DNA of 64,000 nt. It comes from Takakia lepidozioides (taxonomy: Eukaryota; Plantae; Bryophyta). Position 1 is the stretch's first letter; each line of letters opens with the position of its first letter. The notes under the pieces were generated by a model. The model was not told where the DNA came from. It ran no database searches and worked only from the letters and a program-made list of their open reading frames with translations. The stretch is taken from positions 5,270,001-5,334,000 of the forward strand of contig CM060731.1 in the NCBI GenBank assembly GCA_030704615.1, written 5' to 3'. Both the position numbers and the translations under genes were made by a program. Below are positions 35,476-48,590 of the stretch, one piece after another.

Positions 35476-38400
35476 CCCCTAATGGACGAGTCGACCTGAT
35501 TCGGGTCGATTGGATATTTCGACCGTCTGTGGGCCCCTTAGATGAATCTGGATAAAGATGGGGCCTGAATGAAAGTTGTAGCCCTTGAAATTCTGCGCCA
35601 GACAGAATTTATTGCACCCTAATTGGAAAATCCTGCACCGTCAGGATTTTTTGAAGTGATGATGAGCACCCAAAATCCAATGGTTTCTAGCCCTCCACAT
35701 GCTTTGACCTAGCCACGTGGCAGGCAAAATGGGTGTCGGTGGCCCGATGCCGGCGATCGGGTGCATGCAGGGTTGGCATGTCCGCCCGTGCGGACATGGG
35801 ATGTCACCCTATGGCCAGTGATGAGTGCAGCGTGGAACGGGCTCTCTCTTCGCGCGCACAAAGTCTGGGTTCCTGGAGCTTGCAAATCGTGGCCCCTCTC
35901 GCATTTTCCTGGCGCTTTTGTGTGCATGTTTTGCTTGATCTTCCGTGGATCGCCCGCATTCGCTTCGTAGGGGGGTGTATTTATGGGCTTCATTTTCGGG
36001 TCATGGCGACTTACCTCTCCTAAACTCGAAGCGGCGGGAGCTGTTCCGTTTCCTGCTATGTGTTCTAGACATTAGAGCTCGGGGTGTGATTGCATTTACG
36101 TAGCTATTAGGGCTGAGTGTTTGGCGTTTAGATTCTTGTGCCCTGCCGAATTTTCATTGTAATGCAAGTTGTCATCTTTTCTTGCATATCGTTTTGTGAA
36201 ATGCTTTTATGCATTGGGCTCTGTGTTTTGTGTGGTAGGGGATGGTTGCAGGGGAGCGTGGTGTGTTGGGGTTTCATTTTGTAGCTAGTTTTGGAGAGTT
36301 TGCGAAATTCGCCGAGGTACATCCTTCCTTCCTGTGCTTGGGGAAGATGGGCCATCTGCATTGATTCATCGTGAGGGCTTGCATTCATTTCCTATGATCT
36401 CTGTCGGTCTCAGGGATTTGTATGGCATCAAAGAGGAAGGACGCTCATGTGCCTGAGCCACCGTCGCCCCCACCCAAGCTTGCAGCTGCCGCGGAGGTTA
36501 TAAGGGAGGGGGCGCTTGAGGAGCAACACTGCACTCCCGAGCAGTACAAGATAATATTGGGGTGTCTGTCTCCTGCCTTCCTCTGTAGTTTGCCTCCACC
36601 GCCGTTCGCCAATCGTTGGCCTCGCCACCCTCGTCCTCACAATTTTCGCTTTCTGTTTAGACGCCATGTGGCTTTAATTCTTGGTTGGAGAGAGAGAAGA
36701 GAGGAAGGTGATAAGGAGGGGTTCAGTGACGTTGTGAATTCTGGTTTTTGAGAGATGATGTCTTGGCGCCCAATGCCGATAGTCAGGTGTCTGAAGGAGT
36801 TGGCTCGTGCAAAGAGGTCGGTTCTTGCAAGTGTGACAGCACCTCCCAAAGGTGTGGTGAGGAAAAAAAATAAGGGAGTGGTGAATTCGGGTGTTGTGGG
36901 ATGTGTTGGCGGGCCTCTGGGTGCTGGGAGCATGCTTACCGTCGGTCGGGCTGCTTTGGGGGACATGCATCCCAACACTGGTGCACTGGTTCCTTTTGGT
37001 GAGGGGTTTTCTAATCCTGTTTTGCGCCACTTTGAGGCCTCCTCCGACATGGACGAGGATTTTGAGGGTGACGATGGGTACATGGACGACTCTGCTGACG
37101 AAGCAGACTGGGAAAACGAGGTGGTTGATATGGAGTGTGATGAGGAAATCTCGGCCGATTTTGTGGAGATGTTCAAGGCGAAGACGTGGGAAACCAACGC
37201 AGGCTCTGACTTTGTGAGTGATAGAGCTGCATTTTTTGGCCCTCAACCTGGTCCCTGCCTGCCTGAGATGAAGGGCTCATATCCGATTTGGTTTTTTGGT
37301 TTGTTTTGGAGGCGACAGGTGCTTGGGCGAATATGTAGGGAGTCCAATCGTTATGCTGCTGAACCTTTCAATACGGGCACTCGTGGGGGGCCTCGGTGGA
37401 AAGAGCTCACTGTTCCTGAGCTCAGGGCTTGGATTGGAGTTTGTGTCTTCATGGGCATGAAGAAGTTGCCCCGAACACGATTTTATGGGCAACATTTGGA
37501 GACATTCTTCGCTTGTCCTGTCATCCGCAAAGTGATGACTCGAGATAGGTATGAGGCCATACTCCGCTATTTGCATCTTGTTGACAACGCCACGTTGGTG
37601 GCAAATCGTAAGAGTCGGAATTATGATAAGCTTGGAAAGCTTAGGTGGGTGTGTGAGGAGATTGTGGATAGGTGTAAAAGTCTCTGGAATCAGAACAAAA
37701 TGGTGACTGTCGACGAGGTGATGATCCGTTACAAGGGGAGTACTCCCCAATTAGGATGTATATGCCTAAGAAACCATGCAAATGGGGCATCAAGGTGTGG
37801 GCCTTGGCTGACTCGGAGACTTCATATGTCTACGACTTTTCAGTGTATGCTGGTAAGAATGCAGGAGGGCCAGATAGCGAGAGGCAGAAAAGTGGGAAGG
37901 GAGAAGGTTACGATGTGGTCACCCGGCTGGCCGACGAGCTGCATGGTTTGGGCCATGTCATTGTAACTGATAATTACTTTACAGGGGTCCAGCTTCTATA
38001 TGACATGGCCAAACTTGGCACTTGGGCCACTGACACGGTAAGAATGAATAGAAAGGGTCTCCCTCCCTCTTTGCTAAAAATGAAAAAATCCAAGACTGCC
38101 AAGCAAGGGCAGTCATGGTACAGGATGCATGAGTCCAGGGAGGTGGCTGCTGTGTTGTGGTGGGACAAGAAGGGTGTATTCTTCGGGTTTCCCACAAAAC
38201 GGCGTACAGTCACAAGAGAGGAAGGGCTGCAAGCTGGCCTAGCTGCAGATGAAGTGTCTGTGCCATCTGTGCCTACACATGTGCAATACCAAACGTACAT
38301 GTGAGGGGTGGATGTGCAAGACCAGCTTAGGGGTGCGTACAGCTTGCAGCTACGCACAAAGAAGTGGTGGCATCGTCTGTTTTTTTTTCTTATGGATACC

Positions 38401-40046
38401 ACGCTAGTGAATGCGTATATCTTGCATTCTGCAATGGAGAAAAGGAGGGGGCGTCGGGCCATGACCCATCTGCAATTCAATCTGACTGTGGCATATGGTT
38501 TGACAGGGGGCTGCTGCACTGACAACATTGACACCACGGGGGATTCAGAATGCACGTTTGTGCATCAGTGCCTTCATACCACACGGCGGCGAGTGTGTGT
38601 CATGTGCCATGTTCGTACTCACCATTACTGCCCTGGCTGCGATGGCAACCACTTGTGCCTTGGGCGGTGTTGGAATGAGGCACACCGGCATGCCTTGAGG
38701 TGACTGAATTCTGGCTTGCTGCACTGTCTTCTTTCTTTGTGTGTGCATATGTTTGGGGTTCACCAGGGTGTGGGACTGCATGCAGGTATGCTGGAGGCTG
38801 TGGATAGCGTGTGTGCGTGGGGCGTGGGGTGTGGGTATCTCTGATCTGTGGTGGGTATGGGTTCTTCTCAGGTTGGGGGGTTGTGTGTGTCCATGCTGGT
38901 TGACGGGCAATGGGGGTCATGGGGGGCTGGTGGTGATGGTTCAATGGAAGTGGAGGGGTGTGGGGGTCATGCTGCTGCTGGTTGATGGGCAGTTTTGGGA
39001 GTGGGGGGGTCATGGGGGTCTGCTGCTTGCTCATTGTGGGCTGTTTTGGTGATGGGGGAAGGGCTGGTGATGGTTTACATATTGTGGGGGTGATGGGGAT
39101 CTGCTGCTGCTGGTTGAGGGGCTGTGGAGGTGATGGGGGTCCTTCAGTGTAGGTGTGTGTGTGCGTTGTGTTGGGTGGTTTCACAGTTTTTGGGGGGGAG
39201 GGGGGCAACAGTCATGCTTGCTGGTTGTGGTTTTGGGGGTGTTGCTTGCTGCTTGGGGGGGGGGGGGGGGGGGGGACTGTCACACTGGGCAGATCAGGGG
39301 GTTCAACTCCCCCCCCAGTTCGTGGATCATATCTTCGGGGTGGTGTGTGGTTTGGGTTCGCTGCATTCAAAGGAAAAGCAGGAGCTCACGGGGAGCTTGA
39401 AGACAAATGGGCCACATTCGTGACGGTTGGTAGTTGTTAGTTTTCCAGTTGCCTGTCGGGTGGAACGCCGAAACGTCGGGCGTTCCTGGGCCCTTTTTTG
39501 GGTGTCGATTTTGGGGTCCCCCGAGTTTTATGTGTAAATCAGTGACGTAGCCCCTTTTTTGTAGTCGGAATTGTCTACCGGCTCAGGCAATACATGGCCT
39601 GAGCTGGGATTCAAATAGAAATACACCTACTTAGAAATCTCTGCCTGCATTTTGGTTAGAATTCAGAAATTCTTTTTGGAGGTAGTAGGAAATCATAGGA
39701 GGAACAATTCCACCGTTGGAATTCTGGTTCCAATGAAAATTTCGACCCCTATGGCTGAATTACAGGTCAATTGAAGCAAATAGTGCTTTTTGACCCCCTT
39801 GTTTTCCCATACAAAGGAACCCTATGCAGATTTTGGAATTCTGCTTTGCAAATTTGGGGCAAGTTGCTTCAGGTGCCTGAGAATTGGAATGTGGTTGGGG
39901 TCTTGCAAGGAAAAAATATTTTTTCGGTCCAACTGCTGGTCAAACCAATTTTCCCCTCTAAAATTGGAATACACTACAGATTTAGAGCTTACCTTTGTGT
40001 GCTGTTTTGGAATGGGCCCACCAAAAACAGCCTCGTCCATTAGGGG
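35476..40046 (+). mobile_element. Full-length piggyBac transposon, 4,571 bp
   Basis: TTAA TSD at 35472-35475 and 40047-40050; perfect 15-bp TIR CCCCTAATGGACGAG / CTCGTCCATTAGGGG; internal piggyBac transposase. Confidence 0.95.
36422..38703 (+). pseudogene. piggyBac (DDE_Tnp_1_7-type) transposase with three lesions
   Basis: DDD triad TVDE, VTDNYFT and M*GVDVQDQ; YMPKKPCKWGIK; KKWWHRLFFFLMD; C-terminal cysteine-rich RRVCVMC..CPGC..LCLGRCWNEAH. 1-nt frameshift at ~37739, TGA at 38302-38304, and an in-frame TGA at 36749-36751 separating a same-frame upstream ORF. Confidence 0.93.
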
Positions 40047-40958
40047 TTAAGGTCACTGACCATTTTAGGTATGTCTCCCTTATGGTGAAACTCTCTTACT
40101 AAAGCTCTACATTTTTATGGGGAGGAATTGACACACTCTTACTAAAGCTCTACATTTTTTTGGGGAGGAATTGACACACTGATGCTTTTATGGCTAGAGT
40201 GTGTGTCCGATTGCTTTCAATTGATGTCAATTTCAGTCTTTTCATGTAAAAACACTGGATGCGGTTCTTATATTTCCTTTTCCACGAAAGTAGGTCTTAT
40301 ATTTCCTTTTCCATGAAAGTAGGTTTTTCGGAAGATGCTCGGAGCCTTGGTGGTTGTAGCCTGGTCTATGTAAGGATGGCTGAAGCTTGGCAGAGCTGCC
40401 CATTGGTGGTTTTCCCAGAAGAGTACAACATCACCGGACGTCAGTGGCCTCTTCATTGAGGGTCCGTCCAATACTACTTGGCTGCCATGAAACAAGGTCG
40501 GGCACAATCTGTTGATAGTCCAGGATTATGGCCAAACATGGGCTGCAAACGAATATGAGCATCACCCACAGTCAACATGAACTCTTATTGCACTTACAGG
40601 GATGTGACAACACTATGTAAAGCAGGACAACTGAATCATGTGCTGCATGTTTTGAACCAACTGAGCACTTATGAACACTTATGATGTCTGTGTCATGATG
40701 CAGTGTACCAACATGAGACACCTGGCAAAGGGAAAGCAGGTGACTGCCCACAGTACCGAAAGGGGATTCAAGCCAAGCATCATTCTTAAAAATGTCTATT
40801 AGGAAGGTAACAACTTCATGAGTTCTTGCAAAACCATTTAGAGGAACAGATCTGTCCACAGTGCAGCGCAATGATTGCTATTAAAACAAAGAAGCCACAT
40901 ATTTGGGCAAACAGGAAAAAGCCCTACAAATTGTGATTGTCCTCACAGGAAAAGCAAC

Positions 40959-42702
<1,744 letters not shown>

Positions 42703-42763
42703 GATCGCTGCCTACCTCGGACGGCCACCCTGCTTCAAGCTACCGAGAAAGCGAACACGTTTT

Positions 42764-42772
42764 TTAGGGTTT
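42764..42772 (-). promoter_or_regulatory. Telo-box (AAACCCTAA) upstream of RPL37
   Basis: TTAGGGTTT on the plus strand ~60 bp upstream of the ATG; a known element of plant ribosomal-protein promoters. Confidence 0.7.
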
Positions 42773-42875
42773 CAGCATTTCCGCTTTTTTTTCCCAACTC
42801 GGGCAGTCCGGGCAACGGGCAGAGTACTCCATTTTTTTCTTTCTTTCTCATATGCTTTTATTGTTTTTTATATTT

Positions 42876-43107
42876 ATTTATTTATTTCAAGAAGGGAAAA
42901 GCGATAGCTCACAAATCAGGCCCTTAATTGTAGTGAGAGGAGAAAATAACCTCTTTCACAGTAACCGTGCCATGGAGGCGTATAAGTGGGACACCGCCTA
43001 GGGAAGGGGGAGAAGAGAATACCACACCCGTCAAGTAGCAAGATTTGACCCCAGAGTCATCTGGGTGGCACTCAGTGCACTTAACCAACTGAGCTACTGA
43101 CTGTTGG
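42876..43107 (-). mobile_element. Full-length tRNA-derived SINE
   Basis: Minus strand: A-box TAGCTCAGTTGG, B-box-like GGGTCAAATCT, (AAAT)n tail; candidate TSD TTATATTT at 42868-42875 and 43108-43115. Confidence 0.85.
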
Positions 43108-43638
43108 TTATATTTCTAAGCGACTAGGGCTTCGCGTTGCTGCGCACTACTAGCGACGAATTCTGAGAACTACGTTCAATTGGTACAAAAAGAGGGTGGG
43201 TCAATTGTTCATTGTTTGATGCAGCTACCTCTACCTATGTATTCAAGTTTATGAAAAGATGAACCTTTTTTTAATTTCATATTCATTTGACCGGTGTACT
43301 GATTGTGGGACTCGCTTTGTTACAAGAGGCAGATTTGGATTATGGATGTTGTTTATATGATATCTTTTTTATGTGGTTTAGATTTTAGATTGTTTGGGTG
43401 TTCTAGACCACACTGACATGCTCTCTTTGAGCACCAAAAGCTGAATGGATTCTAAGGTTTTAGCATGCTAGTTGGAGTTGCTAATCCACAAGGCAGATGC
43501 GTGCTCCAAGGTGGGCCTAATAACGCTGCAAAGCATGGTCCTTCTTCAGTATTAATCCCTCTGCAGTGGAAAAATTGAGTGAAATCCAAAGCTTTGCATT
43601 TAGCTGTTTGAACCACATTTTGTCTATGTGCATCCGAG

Positions 43639-44019
43639 TTACAACTGAAGGCAGAAAGTCAGGGTTGCCAGACTCGCACGCGCCTTAAGAACACAAATTA
43701 TGAACGTGACCTTATCAGGTATCACCCCTTGTTGTATCATTTGCTCATAGATCTCAACGGCATTCCTACCACGACCATACTTGGTATAACCTGCCATCAT
43801 TATAGTCCACGAAAACATATCTCCTTCAGGCCTTTTGTCAAACACACGGTGTGCATCCACAATACTCCTGCACTTGACATACATGTCGACAAGAGTGTTG
43901 AGTAGAAACACATTTGACTTGAATCCACTTTGGATAATGTGTGTGTGTACCTGCTTTCCCGCTGCTAGGCCTTTCATCTTCATGCACTTTAGGCAAGAGA
44001 CACCGAGGACTGGAAACAT
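43639..44019 (-). pseudogene. PLS-class PPR fragment
   Basis: GKQVHTHIIQSGFKSNVFLLNTLVDMYVKCRSIVDAHRVFDK..FSWTIMMAGY; truncated at both ends. Confidence 0.85.
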
Positions 44020-44109
44020 AATTGAGCCACATACACCACAACCCTCAGTTTAAGGATCACACAGAAAAGGTAGACAAGGTAGCCATTGAGCTGCTACAGA
44101 ATCGAACTA

Positions 44110-45560
44110 AAGATGGTTTTCACTATATACCATCAATGTAGCTGCACCCTGGTTCCTTTCTGACACCCCTGTCCTCCATTATTTTCTCACCTTTTCTTTA
44201 TCGTCCCACCTACCAGCTGCAGCATAGATGTTCGATAGGAGCACATAGGCTGCAGGGTGCTGTGGATTACTCTTGATAATGTTATTTGCCGCACGCTCTG
44301 CTACCTGCACATTGCCATGAATTCTACAGGCACCAAGCAAGGCCCGCCACACCAAAGCATTGGTTTGATTGGCAATTTGCTAATGAGGTCTACTGCCTCA
44401 TCCAATCGCCCTGCACGACCAAGAAGGTCCACCATGCAGCCAAAATGCTCCACAGTTGGTGTGAGGCCCTGCAATCAAAGTAGTGAAGGCCTTCATCCAC
44501 TAGGCCCACATGAATACACACAGAGAGAAGAGATATAAAAGTGATACTGTTTGGCTGCATGCCCTACTGTTGCATGCGTTCAAAGAGATGCAGGGCCTCA
44601 ATACCATGACCATGCTGGGCACATCCAGCAATGATTGCACTCCATGACACCACATTCCGTTCAGCCATCTTATCAAACACTTGATGTGCATCGTTCATGC
44701 TCCCACATTTGGAATACATGTCAACAAGGGTATTCTCCAAAATGATATCAGATGCAATTTCAGCTTTAAGGATATCAGCATGAACCTCTTTGCCCCTTTC
44801 CAGGGCTCGTATGCTGGCACAACCATTGAGGACGCAAGTGAGCGCCAAGGTAGGACCTCCCTATGACAACCATGCTGGGCATATCCTGCGATCATTGCGT
44901 TCCACGACACCACATTTCGTTCAGCCATTTGTCGAACACTCCCTTCGCATCCTCAATGCACCCACATTTGGCATACATGTCCACCAGGGCAGTGTACAAT
45001 TCCAGCTTATCCTGCCAGCATTATATTCCACCTGATCAAAGATCGTTGAGGCATTCTGTTGAACACTTGGTGAGCATCCATGATGCTCGCGCACTTAACA
45101 TACATGTTGACAAGGGTGTTCCAACTTCAAGGCCTTTCATCTTAATGCACCTATGCAAGAGACAGACATACGCATCTGAATCTGCTGAAATGCCTCCTTG
45201 GCTTAAAGTCTGTAGAGCCTCTTTCAGTCTGCCTGCCTCACAAAGCATCTTCACATGCCCAGAAGTGCCAGAAGAGGCATTGTGGATTGATCCTCTTCCA
45301 GAAGCTGTGGTCATGGTTGAGGTGCCTGATTTTATCAACTGTGCCGCTGCCTTGAGTTGACCATCTACGCATGCAGGTTTCTTGTAGCTATTGATCCACA
45401 GGGAATCATACGTAATCTTGTGCTTGAAATCTGGCCCTGTTGGATGAATCTGGACCCACACTCTATCCCTTCTCCTTCAGCTATCCATGCCTCTGCACAA
45501 ATCATGCATTCATCTTTGCCCTTGCTGATAGCAGCTGACAATGACAGCCTAGGAAACACC
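44110..45560 (-). pseudogene. PLS-E class PPR pseudogene
   Basis: P/L/S motifs spread over several frames; E domain [50 protein letters not shown]; N-terminus paralogous to 57780-58220. Confidence 0.9.
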
Positions 45561-45759
45561 GGCAGTACCGTATCATGTCAAAGTCACTCCAAACTAGATT
45601 AAAATAAAAATAAAAAAATCGGCCGAAGAAGAAGGTGCCCTCACCACATTGGCCTTGACCTTGTGGCATGACCCATGGTGAAGTTGTGAGTCCTGATAGT
45701 TAAATGAGGTCATTGCCTGTAGCAATGGACAGTCATACAAGGTGCATGTGTTTTCTTAC

Positions 45760-46505
45760 AGGAGCCGCAGCGGGTACGATGGTTTGCGGGAGACTCCTGC
45801 GGAACATTTGCATTTGGAAGCGCATCCCTTTGCGACAGGTTGGAGTTGGAAGGATCGTACGTGGCACATATGAGGGTCACCCTGTTGTAGTGAAACTTGC
45901 TCCGTTTGGTTCGGACCGTGCAGAGGTGATGCTTCTTTCTTCCGATGGGATCCATCTTTGTGAAGGTTTTAAATGTATATGTGCGACTCATGTGATATCT
46001 TGTGTGTACTGGCTCTCTTGACTGAGATACTGGCCTATTACAAGCTGAAGAAGTACTGAGGAAATATGTACCGGAGCTTGTATCGTATGGGACTACTGCG
46101 GGGGGCAAAGTTGTGTACATTGCAACAGAAGTCATCAACGGTCATGAGGTTGGAATTGGTATGTTACATAATAAGCTTGCTTTTACTGTGTTCGTGTAGT
46201 AGGGCAGTTGTTTACTGTGTTACATGTAGTAGGGTACTAATATGTTGGATGCACGGTTTGCAGGAGCTTTGACCCCAGGAGTGGTGAAGGCGACATTTGA
46301 TGCACTTAATGTTGTGCATGAGTCTGGAATTCTTCATGGGGACATCCGGTGCAATAATATCTTGGTTGTAAAGAGAGGGCAGGGAGGTGTTCGTTTGATC
46401 GATTTTGGGTTTTCTCGTCCCATCACCAGCAATGAAGATTGCACGAGAGAGTGTGCACAGCTGGAATTCATTTTTAAACAGTGTTCTAGTTCTCATTGGT
46501 CGTAG
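45760..46505 (+). pseudogene. Atypical protein-kinase-like gene (3 exons visible), disrupted
   Basis: FATG/VGRIVRGTYEGHPVVVKLAP, YVPELVSYG and VHESGILHGDIRCNNILV..VRLIDFGFS; very short C-lobe; frameshift and stop present. Confidence 0.8.
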
Positions 46506-46539
46506 GGGACATTGGCCAGCAGTATGATGCTACGATCAA

Positions 46540-46939
46540 CCTGTCGCAAACCTGTCGCAAAGGGATGCGCTTCCAAATGCAAATGTTCTGCAGAAGTCTC
46601 CGCAAACGTGGCACATATGAGGGTCACCCTGTTGTAGTGAAATTTGAGCCGTTTGGTTCGGACCGTGCAGAGGTGATGCTTCTTTCTTCTGATGGGATCC
46701 ATCTTTGTGAAAGTTTGAAATGTATATCTGCGACTCATGTGATATCTTGTGTGTACAGGCTCTCTTGACTGAGATACTGGCCTATTACAAGCTGAAGAAG
46801 TACTGGGAAAATATGTACCGGAGCTTGTATCGTACTGCGGGGGGCAAAGTCTGTGTACATTGCAACAGAAGTCATCAATGGTCATGAGATTGGAATTGGT
46901 ATGTTACATTTTTAAGCAGTGTTCTAGTTCTCACTGGTT
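46540..46939 (+). pseudogene. Rearranged partial duplicate of the kinase relic
   Basis: 46606-46908 directly repeats 45860-46169; ~46549-46607 is the reverse complement of ~45782-45841; the last exon is deleted. Confidence 0.85.
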
Positions 46940-48590
46940 CTTGTATCTATACTAAGTGTATCTGAATGTCCACGGTGGTTTGAAGGCAATAAAGAGACTG
47001 TAGATATATATCCCTGAGCTTGACTTCCCAACCAAATTCAGCCATGTATATATGGCATACCGCATGTGCAGGAGTTGACACACTTCATGCTAGCATGAGT
47101 TAACTTTTCTATCAGAACTGCAGAATATGAATGAGAAAAAGGTATGTGAAAGGTTTGAGAGGGGACCTGCACTCCTGTAAGCCCTCGCATATTAGAAATG
47201 ATTATTTCTCCCTGGATCCCTGTTTATGTTAGCAAGCTGAAGAAGAGAGGCGCACAATCTGAAATCAACTTCGTTTCAAGGTTTATCATTATGGGGAGAA
47301 GACATATGAAGAATTCGTTTTTTGTGGTTAACACACACAGGGTGTAATGGCCCCTCTGCCAGATGACCCTGGGGAAAGCGAGGTCAACACCATGGCTATC
47401 ACCTTTGACCTTTCAGATTTTCCTTATCTGTGGCTGTGACAGATGGCAGGGGGCATGAAGGACCCATGCAGGGCGTGGGTTTCAGCAAGTTAGTGGCACT
47501 TGGATGGAATCTGAAGAGTTCAAGAATGAAGGATCCCACTCCATTGGAGAGACCAAGGGTCCAGGCAAACTCAAAGGTAGATGCATTTGTACGGTTTCCA
47601 AAATAATGGAAAAGGGGGTTTTGTCTCAATGGGTTGAATAATTTCTTAATGCATGTATTGAGCTTTACATTTTGTTGTATGTTGGCTGTACTTTTGCCAT
47701 CGGGAACCATTGAAAACATGCATGAATGGGCCACTGCTTTAGACAGGCTACAGTCAGTGCCTTCTCTCTGTTATGCTTATCATAATTGTTTGGCTGTCTG
47801 GTTCCTTCACTGTGCTGTCTGTTCTATAAGTAACCTCTGTATGTTCCCGTATTAGATTGTATGGCATTATCTATCATTTAGTTAGAGGTTTCAAATCATA
47901 TCCTTTATCTCCAGTGCCCCTTGTGCTGGGCTAGCAGTGGTCAATGGTGGGAGCCTGTCTCTTAAAATGGTGACGAATGAGGATTGCACATTGTTTTGCT
48001 AGTCTCTTAGAAATTCTTTAGTGTGCTTTTGAGAAACCTTAGGAAGTTACCTATTTCTCAAGTGAGAGGCTCGTAGCTTTCATGTGGCATGGCCAAACAC
48101 TGCACCTGCCAGCACAGGTGAGGCACTCGAGAAAGACGGGTTCCCTTTCCTCAAAGGTTGTGAAGCATGAAAGTGTTTTGACCTGACTTCTTCTTTCTTG
48201 CATGCTAATGCATCCCACTCCAAATGGAAACCTCAGGATCTATTAACCTGGGTTTGCTCACAGGATGTAATGTTTAGGAGCCGTGAGTCCTCATGCTCTG
48301 TAAAGCAGGGGAGACTTGCCTGGAGGCCTAATTGCACACACCGAACTCGTTGTGCAGACAACTTAGGGGTAAATAACTGCCCTGAACACTTGCTCTCATG
48401 CCCTGAAAAGTCGCTAAGGTTGGCTGTTTATGGCTTTTTCTTTCTTTCTCTGACAGTTTTGGTCTCTCTTCACCCTTGACTATTGCCGTCCCTGTTTTTC
48501 TGTCTATTTGTCTGTCTACCTGCCACTTGAAATTTGCTTTGCTTGACCAATTCTCTGGTATCCATCAGTTAAGCAATTTTCCATTTGTAG

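Noticed and set aside
38600-39440. Pro/Gln-rich and Gly/Cys-rich ORFs
   Set aside because: Translation of low-complexity G/T-skewed DNA.
35137-40325. Short tandem duplications on both sides of the piggyBac (35137-35201, 40090-40178, 40265-40323)
   Set aside because: Real but unrelated to each other and outside the TTAA sites; ordinary local duplications.
43030-43107. tRNA gene
   Set aside because: Has A/B boxes but no convincing cloverleaf; it is the head of a SINE with body, tail and TSD.
43120-43160. Minus-strand Helitron-like 3' end (GCGCAGCAACGCG..CTAGT)
   Set aside because: Weak hairpin and no identifiable 5' end.
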